Assembly: GCA_030704615.1 (NCBI GenBank)
Contig: JAKLZA010000010.1
Location: 62,001-126,000, forward strand
DNA: 64,000 bases
Direction of reading: 5' to 3'
Origin: Takakia lepidozioides
Lineage: Eukaryota > Plantae > Bryophyta
Shown here piece after piece: positions 10,556-24,000 of this stretch (positions within the stretch are counted from its first letter, which is position 1; each line of letters opens with the position of its first letter). The notes under the pieces are model-generated. The model saw nothing but the letters and a program-made list of their open reading frames with translations. It searched no databases and was not told the DNA's origin. Both the position numbers and the translations under genes were made by a program.

Positions 10556-13500
10556 TCACTGGTCCCCTGGATCCATATTCAGAAGAGTGTGAACCTCCTG
10601 GGGGCTCAACCCTGGTGCATGTATGAAGTGATGAGTTGTGGAATTACAACGGAGTCTCTTTAGGTACACGTAGTACAAATGCTTGCAAGGGCAGTATGAT
10701 GCCCCCTTGTTCGCCATGATCTGGAAGTCGGTGCAATTGCAGGTGGGTAATTCTGAAATGGTGATGGTGTACACCTCATTGCGAACAGCTGAGCCCGCCG
10801 TGGCCATCTGATACACACGCCCGAATCCTGGTGGGGGCACTTCTGTCGAGCTCTGGATTGTACAGTTCATCCGAAGTGCATTCCCCATCCTTGTCTCGTT
10901 CACTTTTGAGGGAGGTCGCCGCCTCTTCGGTTTCCCCAACGGTGTGTAGGATGCTTAGAGCTGTCGTGTCCCATTGTTCTTGCTCTCACAGGGGTCGGTG
11001 GTGGAGGCTGTGGAAGCGGAAATGGTTCTCTGGGACGTCAGTGTGCGCGCACCATCCGAAATCCTGCGGCGGTAAGGGCGTCGGCCTCAACCTGACTCAG
11101 ATCGCAGCCTGGTTCCACCGGCCCACACCGGGGGAGCCTCTGGCATTGTTTGTATGCCGTACTTGGGCTTTCCATACACGCAAGTCATAATGTCGTGCCT
11201 GCAGAACCAGAACTGGGTGGTTGTCGCCTCCGCAAACTTTGCATGGACAAATCTTCCTGTAAAAGTAGGAGCAGGGACAGCCCCATCTGGATTCCTCCTT
11301 ATCATCTCTAAACAACGTTGCCGTGTATCCACACGAATTGCGGAACACCTTCCTCGAAACGACGGCTTTGTGCGAGCAATTCTCCACTGTGATGCAGACA
11401 CAGTCGTCTCCACAATGGCTTGGCCATACTGCATAACAGCGGGCGGAATGTGGGGCAAGGGAGCGGTGGGAATTTGTTGCACGAAATCCCCGGTTGAAGG
11501 CGACGGCGATCTGGAATTTCTTGGGCTTCCACTGCTGGAAGACACATTGTGCGGCAACATGACGGGACCTCGAGGTGCTGTCCGAATGTTCCTGTCGGAT
11601 CTCCAGGAATCCTCTTCGCACCCGGGTTCCTCTTCAATCCTCCGCCTGACAGGGCGAGTCCGGACGTCCCCCTCTAGGTGTTCACCTCTGCGGTGCAGAG
11701 GCGTCCCTTTGATCTTCTCTCGCAATGCTGTCGCCCATTTCACTGGATTCTTGGACCTCGAAGCTGTTCGTACCAACAATTCCTCCCTGTCCGGCCCAAA
11801 GCCCCATTGTTTGCCGCTCAGGAACTTGTAGTACGTGGCTTGCTGCATGATTGCTCTGTCGATGTCCTCCGTTGTGGCCGTCACTACGTCCACCAGATGT
11901 GCGGCAGAAGACGCTCGCCAGGAGGAGTGGACCGATTCTGCCATATTCGTGTTGGCATGTCCGTGTCGGAATCCAAGCACCGCTCCTAGAAGGACACAAA
12001 CAATGGTGAGGGACCAATCGAAATGTCCGTAACAGAAAGACAAATGAACGAAATTGACAGCAGCAGCCTACCTCCCGCATGTACTGTCCGAACTGTCGAT
12101 ACCGAAATGCCACCACCCCAACCAGCTGTGCAATGCTCCCAGATTGGTTGTCTCCACTGCACCTGACGTGTTCCACCAAGCCTCGATGATAGCAAACTTA
12201 ACCTCCGCGTCATCAAATGTGGGTGCATCCTTCCACGCCGTACAAAGGACACGGTGTTCAGCCTGGAATGAGCTAGCAACAAATTTGGTAGTGTAGTGGA
12301 TAGACTCTGCATCCAATGGAATCCACAGGATCTCTCTTTCCCTTCATTGGAACATTGGGGTCCTCACCGTACACACGCCGCACCGCTGCCCAGTTGGCCT
12401 GAGCGTTGTCTGCCATGAATCCCCTGAAATTGGGCTCTGGCAATCCCGCCCTTGCCATCTGCTCGTTTATGCCCTCCCACAGATGCATCTCGGACTGTGT
12501 GTCCTCCCCTTTCATCTCGCAGATTGCAATCGTCATGAGCCTCTTGGAGTGATAGTCATAAACATGCGCACCCATAGTCACCCACTGATGGTTTGTAATT
12601 CGCTTGATGTGATCAAACATCACCCAAGCATTCGACAAGTTTCCAGTTGTCATGCGAGTGACCAAGTCGACTCCACTCCCAGGCCCACACGTCGACATTT
12701 TGAAAATGTAACAACGATCGGATTCGCTGCCTTGCCCTGGAAACCTGCTACCTTGGATGTAGTCATATCCAGTCATTCGTTTCACCTCCAGGATTGAGTA
12801 CATGTCCGACCCCCTGCCGAACTCCTGCTTGCAAGATACGATGTGATTCCGCACATTCGGACTACAAAACGTGCGAGACGGACTCCAAGAGGTCACGCAT
12901 CTCGTCTTCGGTCAAGGGCTCTCGGTCGGAACCATCTTCAGACATGATTTTGCCAAGAGCAATCTTGTGAGCTGCCTTCAGCTGAATCTGCTTTGGTCTG
13001 GCTCCGGGGCTCAATTTCACCTCCTCTTTTATGATGTCGTGTGTCCTGCACAGCCTCACGCATGTTGCCTCTCGCAAGGGGTGGCAGTGGACCCCAACGT
13101 GTATGCAAGCTCTAGTCAAGTCCGGGAGCAAATGGATAACGTAATATTGCTTGGCTCTGCACATGGACATGCACGTCGGTGGTTCTTTGCAATGTGCACA
13201 CTTGAAAGAACCCGCAGGAGCTTGGCTGGAGACAATGAATGGATGATGCGTTGTGCCAGTCCAATCCGTCTCGTTTCTCCGCCCTCCTTTGGAGAGAAAG
13301 TGGAAGCAGGTGGGATTGAGGCACCTCAGCTTCCCCGCACAGAGGACATATCGTACACGAACACCATCAGCAATTTTCGTGCTACTGGTCTTCGTCACAC
13401 ACCAGGGGTGTCCGTCATGCTTTCGATCCATGTCTGTTAACATCCCGGAGGCTTCTTTGACGACGAAGAAACAGGTGGAAACTCGAAGATGACATTGCCA

Positions 13501-14070
13501 TCGACTTCGGGAGGCAGAAAACGTTACCTTTCTGACTGGGAATTTGGCATAGTCGAGAGCAGCCAGCTCGGAGCGAGAACCATCGAGGTGATGTTGTCGT
13601 AGGAGCTGCACAATGGACCGGGTTGGAGTTATGCTCGAGGGCACATTCGTAGCACCTACAGAGACGTCCATGCCGATTTGAACGACCGTGTGGAGGACAT
13701 GGGTACCTCAATGCAATCATCTTCCTCGTCGGAAATGTCGAATACGTCCACACGAGAAGCTATGGAGGGTCTTGACGGTCCAGGTCGGGAATGATTATCG
13801 TTGCATACCTCTCTGTTGGCAGTGGCCGCCTCTCGGTTTCCGGACTCCTTTGTGGATGGTGTGGGCAGCGACTGATTCGGAAAGGGAATGGGCATTCCCA
13901 CAGCTCGGTACAGGATGGTGTCTGACGGGGGAAACGTGCCATTCGATTCCGCAACCTCCGTCGTTACCTAGCACGACAATGGTCTCGTCAACCTGTCCAG
14001 GGAACATCCTTCCTTTCTTCTTCCAAATAAACTGTGCCCGGTTTGAGCTTGAATTGGAACAAAGGTAAGT
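10556..14070 (-). pseudogene. Mutator-like transposase (GCM-like Zn domain, DDE core, SWIM), frameshifted
   Basis: CAGKLRC..C..CAHC..GVHCHP; MFDH, MADNAQAN, CGFHW, TNMAES; SWIM CNCTDF...CKH. Spread over several frames. Confidence 0.8.
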
Positions 14071-14613
14071 TTCAGTCACTCTGCAAAGTCCTCCCTCGTT
14101 TGGGATCCAGGCTCTCCCAAGTTGCGGAGGACAGCAAACTATAGCGTAGGAATTCGGAGCCATCGAACACCGCACGGAGTTGGCAAGTGCGAGGTTCAGT
14201 ATAGCGACAGACCAAGGCTCACAGGCACCATCTAAGTGGATCTGCGGAGTCCATCGACGATTGGAAGTCGCACATTGAAGTGGAAAGTATTGTTTCAAGC
14301 TACATGCATGAAGGTGGGAGGTTTGATTCCATAGCCAGTGAGTATGACAATGATGGCCGATTCGGCGACGAAATAACATCTCCTGACAGTTTCTCCTGAG
14401 GGTGGATCCAGCAGTATTCTCGGTGCAGACAGGAACGTTCGCACTGACAAGTGCCAGGACAATTGGTTAAAACGGTCAGACAACCAAGTTGTGCTCATCA
14501 AGACTGGCCGCAATTGTGTTGTTTCGGAACAATGCAACCCATTCAGGTTCCAGATTTCCCGTCCAGAGTGATTCTTTCGATTGCTGGTGGACGGAAATAC
14601 GGCGCCGCATTTC

Positions 14614-16290
14614 CGTATTGCATCTTGGTCATGCACCAGAGCGACGGAAATGCGGCACCGGACCGAGTTTCCGTCCGGGGGGAAACCTTTATACTCTCCA
14701 GAACGGAAATGCGGTAACGCATTTCCATCCAGCAAGCGCGGTATGTGAAGGTCGAACGGAAATGCGGTACCGCATTTCCGTTCTGATTGAGATTTATGAA
14801 CAACGGGAACAGAAATGCGGCCCGCATTTCCGTCCGAGTCGCACTTTTCCGACATTTCAGAACGGAAATGCGCCGCCGCATTTCCATTTTGTATCTGATG
14901 CATGGAGCTGAGGGATAGAAATGCTGCAGCACATTCGTCCTAAAAGACATTCATACTCTCCAGAACGGAAATGCGGTACCGCATTTCACCACAAGCACGG
15001 TATGTGAAGGGGAACGGAAATGCGGTACGCATTTCCGTTCTGATTGAGATTATGAACACGGGAACAGAAATGCGGCACGCATTTCCGTCCGAGTCGCACT
15101 TTTCGACATTCCAGAACGGAAATGCGGCGCCGCATTTCCATTTGTATCTGATGCATGGAGCCGAGTGCGATTCCGACAGCTTCATACAGCGCAATTCCGA
15201 CCGCTTGAGACATTCATACTATCCAGAACGGAATGCGGCAACGCATTTCCGTTCTGACTGAAAATCGTGAACCATCTGAACTAAAATGCGGCACCGTATT
15301 TCCATCGCGATCGCACCTACCAACATTCCAGAACGGAAATGCGGTACCGCATTTCCGTTCTGACTGAAAATCGTGAACCGTCGGAACTGAAATGCGGCAA
15401 GCATTTCCATCCGATCGCACCTCCCAACATTCCAGAACGGAATGTATTATTTCAAAGGGAAATGCGGCACCGCATTTCCGTTCTGCTGTGAAATATCCTG
15501 AAACCTCGGAACTGAAATGCGGTACCGCATTTCCGTGGGAGTCGCACCTTCCGACATTCCAAACGGAAATGCGGCGCCGCATTTCCGTTTTGTATGTGAG
15601 GCATGGAGCTGTGGAACGAAAATGCGGCACGGAATTTCCGCCAGCGTCAGACGTTAATACTCTACAGACGGAAATGCGGTACCGCATTCCATTCTGACTG
15701 AAAATCGTGGCGCAACGGGAACAGAAATCCGGCACCGCATTTCCGTTCGAGTCGCACCTTCCGACATTCTAGAACGGAAATGCGGCGCCGCATTTCCGTT
15801 TTGTATATTGGGCCTGGAGCTGTGCTACGAAAATGTGTACCCGCATTTCCATCATGTGAGAGACCTTCAAACTTTCCGGACCGGAATGCGGCACCGCATT
15901 TCTGTCCAGGTGATACCTCTATACTTTCCCGAACGGAAATGTGGCACGGCATGTCCATTCATCATCTAACGGATGTGAAGTGGGAACGGAATGCGGTACC
16001 GCATTTCCGTTCACATTGAAATCATGAACCACGGGAACTGAAATGTTGTGCCTCATTCCCGCCCAATCGCACCTTTCGACATTCCAGACGGAAATGCGGC
16101 GCCGCATTTCCCTTTTGAATCTCATACATGGAGCTGTGGGACGAAATGCGGCACCGTATTTCGTTCGTTCAACACTAAGGTATGTGAAGGTGGAACGGAA
16201 ATGCGGTGCCGCATTTTCTTCCAACAAGTACGGATGGGTAGCTTCGTGATCGTACTTAACGGAAATGCGGCGCCGCATTCGCATTTTCGC
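14614..16290. repeat. Array of ~30 palindromes GGAAATGCGGYRCCGCATTTCC, ~53-bp period
   Basis: Example: perfect 34-bp palindrome at 15329-15362. The count is an approximate hand count. Confidence 0.95.
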
Positions 16291-16817
16291 TCCAACTGAT
16301 CAGACGCTGGGACGGAAATACCTTGAAATGTGAACACGTGGAGCAACGGAATTGCTGCACATGTCGGCACTCTATCTGACTGAAGGGGCATGAGGCGGCG
16401 CGGCCTGACCGTTCGATAATGATGTTTGTTTTCGTACGGCAGGCGTACCCTCAACGATTCGAATTTCGTAATGACGCAAACTCCACGAGGAGACACTTTC
16501 GTCCAACCCTTCGAACCCAAGTGGTGCATCACGCCGTTTCATCTACTTTTGTCGTGTCTCCTCCTCAGTCACCCCTCTCGCGCCCCTTTCCATCTGCAAT
16601 CTTTGGCCCTTTCCCTTCTCTTGTTCTTCTTATGCTCGAACCTGAGAGGGGGGGAGTAGTTCGTGCCACCAGCCAGGACCTCGTCGCAAAGCTCCGGAAA
16701 TTATTACTTCGGACGTAGGCCAATGCCGAAGGGGAGGAAGCAGATGCGTCTACAGGAGGAGATTGCCATTCCGAGCAGCAGGCCACTCAGGCAACCCAGC
16801 CACCAGTGAGAGCTCCA

Positions 16818-17317
16818 NNNNNNNNNNNNNNNNNNNNNNNNNNNNNNNNNNNNNNNNNNNNNNNNNNNNNNNNNNNNNNNNNNNNNNNNNNNNNNNNNNN
16901 NNNNNNNNNNNNNNNNNNNNNNNNNNNNNNNNNNNNNNNNNNNNNNNNNNNNNNNNNNNNNNNNNNNNNNNNNNNNNNNNNNNNNNNNNNNNNNNNNNNN
17001 NNNNNNNNNNNNNNNNNNNNNNNNNNNNNNNNNNNNNNNNNNNNNNNNNNNNNNNNNNNNNNNNNNNNNNNNNNNNNNNNNNNNNNNNNNNNNNNNNNNN
17101 NNNNNNNNNNNNNNNNNNNNNNNNNNNNNNNNNNNNNNNNNNNNNNNNNNNNNNNNNNNNNNNNNNNNNNNNNNNNNNNNNNNNNNNNNNNNNNNNNNNN
17201 NNNNNNNNNNNNNNNNNNNNNNNNNNNNNNNNNNNNNNNNNNNNNNNNNNNNNNNNNNNNNNNNNNNNNNNNNNNNNNNNNNNNNNNNNNNNNNNNNNNN
17301 NNNNNNNNNNNNNNNNN
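16818..17317. other. Assembly gap (500 N)
   Basis: Run of N. Confidence 1.
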
Positions 17318-17768
17318 CAAATGTTTCGATGAGAATGCAATCTCAGGAAATCAACAATCTGAATGGGAGCACGAGAGCATAAATCTGCTTGCTCTCAACC
17401 CTCAATTTGGACGCCCAACTTGACGAAGTGCATGCAAAATAGATGATGAGATGGAGGGATTGTTGAGACTCTTTTCGGTCCAAGACGTCTTGATTTCCAT
17501 GACATAGAAACCTCTATCCAATCCTTTCTTCTCTTCAACACGTTCAACACGTTCAAATCTTCTAAACAAGCCGGTGGAGAAGAATCCGCAGCCATGCGTA
17601 TGGCCATTTGCGCTAGCTTTCCTCTCGTCACACGAAGGTCACTCAAAAGATGGTTCTGAAGAGGCCATGTTACCTTTGACACAAACTTCTAAACCAAGCA
17701 TCTCCTCTGCGATGCCTTCATACAGTTGCCTCCAGATTCATGGCGGGGCTGCTGCTCGCCAAAGACAT

Positions 17769-17850
17769 GGGGCTGCTATTTCATGAGCCATGAGCCATGA
17801 GCGGCATGAGCCATGAGCAGAGTCGTAAGTGTGGAAAAAAACATGAGCAG
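17769..17850 (+). repeat. Left terminal inverted repeat with CATGAGC motifs
   Basis: CTATTTCATGAGCCATGAGCCATGAGCGGCATGAGC, inverted relative to 33020-33120. Confidence 0.8.
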
Positions 17851-18230
17851 CACTATTTTCCGGAAATGAGTGTCCGCGGGAATAGGGTTTAGGGTGCCAC
17901 GGTCATAGGGGGAGAAGGACCTCCCGATGAAGGAGGTTCCGCAATGTTATTTAGAATTATATATTGAAAGGCAATGTTTCGCGAATGGTAGGGTGGTACT
18001 GCTCTGTACAATGGGGGCCCATTTCAGCCTACCAGCCATTTGCAAAATCCACCCACACTCCCAATCCCAAACGAAATGAGCAATGACGCATTCTCGGAAC
18101 GATGGACACAGAATAGAATAAAAAGAGGGCACAATGAGGTTTTTATTGATCCACATGAATTGCATTTGAAGCACGTCTACTGTGCTGATTGTGCCATCAA
18201 ATCTTGAGCCCTGTGCCTACTGAATACAAG

Positions 18231-18801
18231 TCACGTTGTCAATGGGACTTCGACTGCTCTCAGAACTAGCTCATGAGTCATGGGGCTCCTCCATGTAAAG
18301 TCGATTGCAGCCGTTGTACCGCCCCTAGTGATGTTCACCACAATGTCCTGCCCTTCAATCATACCACCATCGAATATGGAAATCTTCACGTTTTCGTCGT
18401 CCACACCAATGCGAATGTCCCCATACAATGGAGAAGAGGAGCGCACTCCTCGAGGAGGAGAATCGAGGAGGTCTCTCCGATGGAGTCCACCCACGTCCAG
18501 TGGCAGCAGTTCCACCGCAACAGCATAGCAGTGCGCCTTCTTCTGCATGGGTGACCGTCGTAGCTGGGAAAATCGGAATCGAGGATGCGCAGGAGCCACG
18601 GACTCCTCAGACCAAGATCGTCACCCGCTCGAAGGCGTAGTGGCCTACGATATACTCAAAAGCCACCAATGTTTCCACAATCGAACCAGTATCTTCTGTG
18701 TAATCTGTGTACCAGATAACAATGTCTCCCGATGTGGCCGAATACATTGCATAATCGATGCCTCCAAAGGGGCAGTCGTCCCGGTTCCGGAAGCACGGCA
18801 T
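18231..18801 (-). CDS. Cargo gene 1 of unknown function (~190 aa, one frame switch); paralog of 19352-19929
   Basis: Motifs shared with the paralog: DCP...DYAM...SGDIV.W, FER, ELLP, YGDIR, DGG.I.G.DIVV, ELVLR..EVP. Confidence 0.6.
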
Positions 18802-19351
18802 CCTTGCAAAGGAGGACCTGAGGACGACTTGGATGCCGATGACCTTGCGGACAGCTACGAAGCCCTTAGATTTTGGAAATGATACGAAGCGGAAGAGCAG
18901 TCCGGCCTCCAATAATGGAGCATCTGGGTCACACGTACCCACCGACGGAGGTGGAACGTGTTCATCACGCCAGCGGTGGATGAACCCATACATCTTTCTC
19001 ATCAACAAGTTATAGTTTGAGATCTGCCACCGAAGTCCATCCCCCCGGATGGAAATTCGGCGCCGCATTTACATCGAAGAGGGGATGGACTTCGTCGTGT
19101 CCAGTGGCTATCGGCCCACCTGGCAGTGACTGCCCATAGTTTGCATGGCAGGGTAGGAAACTGAAACGGCTACATTCATGCAGCAGCCAATCTTCATCGG
19201 TCCAGGATCCTGTAGGGGGGAAATTTAAATGTGCCCTGGAGTGTTTGTGAGGAATTGCAGCGTTAGCTTGAACTTTTTCCAGCCACCGCGGTCCTCCTCC
19301 TCCATCCGGGAGCTGCTGTCATTGAGCGTACTCCGCTACTCTTTTTCAAGG

Positions 19352-19929
19352 ATGTCGTGCCGCCGAAATCCAGCCGACTGCCCTTATCATGGGCACGATT
19401 ATGCTATGTTCAAACCAGAATCAGGAGACATCATTGTCTGGCTCTCTGTTTTCACAGACGCTGCTGGAATCAAGCAAGAGTCTTTGCGCGCAATGGAGTA
19501 TCTGGAGGGCTATTACCGCTTTGAGCGAGGTGAGGGCGAGGGTCAATGCGGTCCGTGGGTCCTGAAAATTGTTGACCTCGATATACCAAGCTGGAAAGGG
19601 ATGCCGGATAGATCACGCACGGCCTCGCTTTGGCGCTGGAACTGCTGCCAGTGGACCAGGAGGACGGCACCGGGGAAAACTATATACGTGCAGATCACTC
19701 CGCTCTTCCAGTGTATGGAGACATTCGGCTGCGTTGCGAAGACGAATCGCACGGGCACATGAGGCCCACAGTGACCTTGTCAATGTATGATGGTGGTATC
19801 ATTGATGGACATGACATTGTCGTCGGCTCCAGCAAGGGCAGCAGAACGACCGAATTGCAGTTTACCTCGAGGTGCCGCAGCAGTGATGAGCTTGTTTTGA
19901 GGGGTATCGAAGTTCCGTCGACTTGGTGA
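19352..19929 (+). CDS. Cargo gene 2 of unknown function (~190 aa, one frame switch)
   Basis: Paralogous to 18231-18801; its 3' part is repeated at 33121-33551. Confidence 0.6.
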
Positions 19930-20189
19930 AGCCCATGTAGAAGGAGGAAGGGCTTAGTTTTGTCTGCAGTTGGTAAATGTGAGACATCGTGTCCGATCAA
20001 TAAACCCATCGTACCTCACTTCTGTATGATTGTGTTTCATTGTGTTGAATAACTGTCGGAATTGGCCCACTGTTTACAATTTGATGTCTCATTTCTACAA
20101 TGTGTCTGTCCGGATGAATATAGCAGAGTAACCGGTATGTGAGTCATGTCCTGTCCGGATTAATATAGCAGGTACCCGATGTGAGACAT

Positions 20190-20930
20190 GGAATGCGGCA
20201 CGCCCATGTCCGCATGAAATCGGACGCACCCACCGCATTTCCATGTCGGCACGAAATGCGGCACCGCAGTTCCATGTGGGACAAGAAAATGCGGTGCACT
20301 CAGTTCCGTCCAGGTACACGAATACCAACACGGGTCTATAAATTGATCAGAAACGAGGTTTGCATTGGAATGCGGCGACGCATTTCCAGCTTGGCAATGG
20401 AAACTTCTTTTTGGACAAGGAATGCGGTGCCGCATTTGCGTACAACACTTCGAAAAGTGGACATTTCCGACCAGCGCGATGGAATGCGTTACCGCATTTC
20501 CGAGAGAGGGTCTGCAAATGGACAAATTGCGATGTCCGTTCTGGAAATGCGGCGCCGCATTTCCATGCCGTCATCGACTTTTTTTTAACAATGGAATGCG
20601 GTGCCATTTTTGCTGATGGGCCTGCAGTTCGAACAACGACCATCCCAATACTGAAATGCGGCACCGCATTTTCAATCCGCCCTGTCCGACCTCCTTGTTC
20701 GACCTCTGTAAGCGTGGTGGCATCCATGCAATGAGCGGGAGAGGCCAAACTGGCGTGTGGACAAAGGAAATTTTGGAAATGCGGCACCGCATTTCAATTC
20801 AGATTACTTTTTACTATGCCAACATTGAAATGGAAAATTTAGTCCCCCCATGTTTTGGAAATGCGGTGCCGCATTTCCAAAAGAGGTTCTTAGAGTTGCC
20901 AAAATTTTGGAAATGCGGTGCCCCATTTCT
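20190..20930. repeat. Second, looser array of A-type palindromes
   Basis: Repeated GAAATGCGGYRCCGCATTTC; also present at 33808-34595. Confidence 0.9.
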
Positions 20931-21066
20931 GATTTTGGGAGCGTCGTGGTTTGGGCGATTGTGTGGCTGGAATGCACACTGGAGAGGGGTCACGAATGTC
21001 GGGCAGAATTTCCTTTATATACTCTGGAAGAGAATTTACATTTACAGAGACTTCATTAAAAGTCTA

Positions 21067-24000
21067 TTAATCTTGAAAATCATCCGAATCCTCATCCTTT
21101 TCTAGACTGTCCTGCTCCTCCTCCACCCCCTCAGTGCCTCTCTCATCTCCAGCGGACTGCTCGTTGGCCAGGCTTTCGAAAATCCCATCTTCCCCTTGCG
21201 GAACTGTCCATCTCACCTCCGTTGGGTCGTCCTTCCTCCCTGTCTGCGTCGCTCTCATCCGCTGAATCACATATGTACTTTCGTACCCGTCTACCTGTCT
21301 GAGCTGCTGCCAACTCTTTCCTTATCCTTCTGTCTCCTCCCTAGCCCTCTCCAAAATCTGCTCTACTTTACTGGGATTCTCACTTCTTCTAATCGCTGTA
21401 TTTGCGAGTTTAGCTGCATAACTAGGAAGGGAGTAGTCCCTCACCGGGCTCGTCATGAAGTCGGCCCTCGCAAAGAACGGGACATTCTTCCTGGCAGGAA
21501 GTGTAGGCCCTACATGTTTCGACCCGGACCCTGCAATCCTGCACATGACAATCATCAACGAGACTAATGAGAACCACAGTCGGGAAATTCGTTTGACATA
21601 AATGACCCAGAAGGCTTTGCAAACTTACAATGTTTGCACTCACTCGTATTCCGGGTTCTCCTCCGCATCAATGTCCACTGTGTCTTCCTCGGACTCCGAC
21701 GAATCCGAGGAGACTTCCGCTCTGTCGGGAGCCTTCACATTCCGTTGCAGCCCCTCCAGATGGGATCCCCACACGGATGAATCCTCCTCGTAGGCAAAGA
21801 GGTGCCGGTCGGAAAACCGCCCAGCCCACATTGAGGCACCTGTTACAATGCCATCCACACATTACCACATGGCGCTTCAGATGTTGCGAACTACATCCTA
21901 ACGAGAATTTGCAGAACAGCAGAGATCAAGATTCTGCATACCTGTCCCACAGATGAGGTCGAGCACTGTGCCCTCCACGTCTGTGCATGTCTCCATAATT
22001 GTCTGAATGAAGGCAGGGCTCCGAGTCCGTGAGTACCGCAGGGGTTCCGTTGAAGTGAGGCTATGAGGGAGAAGTTCCTTGGGAACGTTGTTGAACAGAA
22101 CGTCGTATCGAGTGGGTCGCAGTTCGGGTCAACCTTTCCTCCCTCCTTCGGAAAGCAAAGGTGGAGTTCTCCTTCACAAAGCAGTATGCATCGAACTGCT
22201 TCGTCTGCATACACAGGGGAAAACGATTAGAAACCGAATGCGGCACCGCATTTGAAAACACCCAAGCAAATGAATGGACGAGTGCCAGTGTCGTAATCAC
22301 CTTCTTCCCTTCCGACCGAAGGCCAGTGTGTTGATGCACGTCCACTTCTTTTTTCAGATCGGGACGGCGCTCTGCGGGTCCACTTCGCAATTCCTGTCTG
22401 AGTGTTTTTTCCTCTGCTCGCCAGGACAACCACACAGCCTCTGTCGTCCAACACCATGCGGGCAAGCCCGAATCCTTTCTTCCAAAAGTCCTCCGAGTAC
22501 CTGTTCCAAGATGGCAAAGCTTGCAGTCCTTCCACAGGCTCTCCGTCCGGAATATCCAAGATGATCATATCGCAAGACCACTCGGTGGCATTTCCGCCCC
22601 TCCTACAATCCTTGTCTGCACACACCCTCTCAAAGAACGAGACCATATTCTGAAATCCTGGGGTGTCGGAAGGCTCTTCGGCAGTCGCCTTCTTCAGTGC
22701 TCTGCCCTTCAGACCCTCCATGGTCTTCATGTATGCCAACTTGGCTGCCCGTCCATCCAAAGCCGCCAAGAAACTCTCATTTACACACTGGACTACTGTT
22801 TCGGGAGCCACTTTCGGCCTCTTCATTTCCACCGGCTCGAAAGGGTGCCCCCCGGGGGGTTGAAGAGTGCCTTCTTTGCCGAGCCAGTTCTCGTGCCTCT
22901 CGTGACAACGGTGGCCACAGGGGAGGCAGCCTGCGTTTGGGGGGGTGGGCTGGTTGCAAAGTCTCCATCGGAGTCCTCTTCCTCACCCTCTTCCTGAACA
23001 GCTGTTTCTGTTCTGCTCTTCGTTTTGGCGGGTGTCACAACAGCTGCTCCTTGCTGGCGAGTCCTCTTCTTCGACCCCTTCTGTTGGGCCTGCACAGCTG
23101 CATCCACCGTCTTTTGTGCCATCTCAGCTGCCTTTCTGGATTCTTCCAGAGCAGCAGATTCCTTTGCCGACTTTGGCCCAGCAGGGACACGTTCCTTTCT
23201 CTTTCTCTCTCTTCTGCCAAGCGTGCAGATCTTTCTCAGACTCGTCAACAATACCGCCAGACATGTCCAGGTACCACGGGCATCCAACGAGATGCGCGGG
23301 ATGCCATTGTTTCTGCATCTCGGGTGTGTAGACACAGCTTGGCCCGCCACGGTCCAAGCCATGAAGAACGGGGGCTCTTGAGCCAGGGCCCCTGTCTGAA
23401 GGAGCACGTATTTCATATACCTGCAAGGCAGTCAGCATGCGTGAGCAAAAGTTGAGACCAACCTACTGGCAGAGTGCCACACCGAAAACATAAAATGCGA
23501 ATGCGGTGCCGCATTTCCGAGACAAACCTCGTAACCAGGCTTCGCATACAAGGGCAGCTGTGCTTCACCTGTAAACAATTCGCATTGCAGCTTTCCCCGC
23601 TCCCTCCTGATGTGTAAACTCCACGCTCCTTCTTGCTGTCTGTAGCTCTCTGGCGAAAAGGTTGTCCTTGTACGCACATCTGAAACGTGTCACGTAGTCT
23701 TCCAATGTCTGTGTTCCATCCCATTTGACGTACAAGCCGAACGAATTTGTGTGCATTACGACTTGCTCCTTCGCATTCGACATACCTGCGATTCCCAAAT
23801 CCATTGTCACGTAGCAGTTCAGGGAATTCATGTCAGAAAAGCAAATCTGGGGAAGTACCTTGAATTACCTGGAACCACCAAGTCATACGGTTGAGCCACA
23901 CATCCACTGCAGGGTCGGAAACTTCGAGTGGAAAAGACCACATTGTCCTTATGCTCTCGGATGCATTCCAGATCGACAGCCCACCGTGTCTGCCATTTCC

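Larger units (their letters stand above)
9708..16817 (-). mobile_element. MULE-like element family A, copy A1 (inverted relative to A2; truncated by the assembly gap)
   Basis: Reverse complement of ~26100-33120; starts with the terminus GAGGTTTACTATTTCATGAGC. Confidence 0.9.

Noticed and set aside
14295-16532. Numerous ORFs with EMRRRIS/GNAAPHF/KCGAAFP repeats (also 20100-21100, 26500-28500, 33700-34900, 55300-57200 and 60400-61400)
   Set aside because: Translation artefacts of the stop-free palindrome, open on both strands.
16750-17423. ORFs containing poly-X
   Set aside because: They span the N gap.
17318-17768. Possible host gene fragment (likewise 8160-8860)
   Set aside because: Only short ORFs with no recognisable motif; no call can be supported.
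17883-17894. Telomere-like TAGGGTTTAGGG
   Set aside because: Fewer than two full units; part of the element's subterminal sequence.
21067-21558. Separate small acidic gene (also 34735-35223 and 63331-63834)
   Set aside because: Flanked by a conserved GTGAGT donor and an AG acceptor in both families, so better read as the last exon of the ParB-MTase gene.
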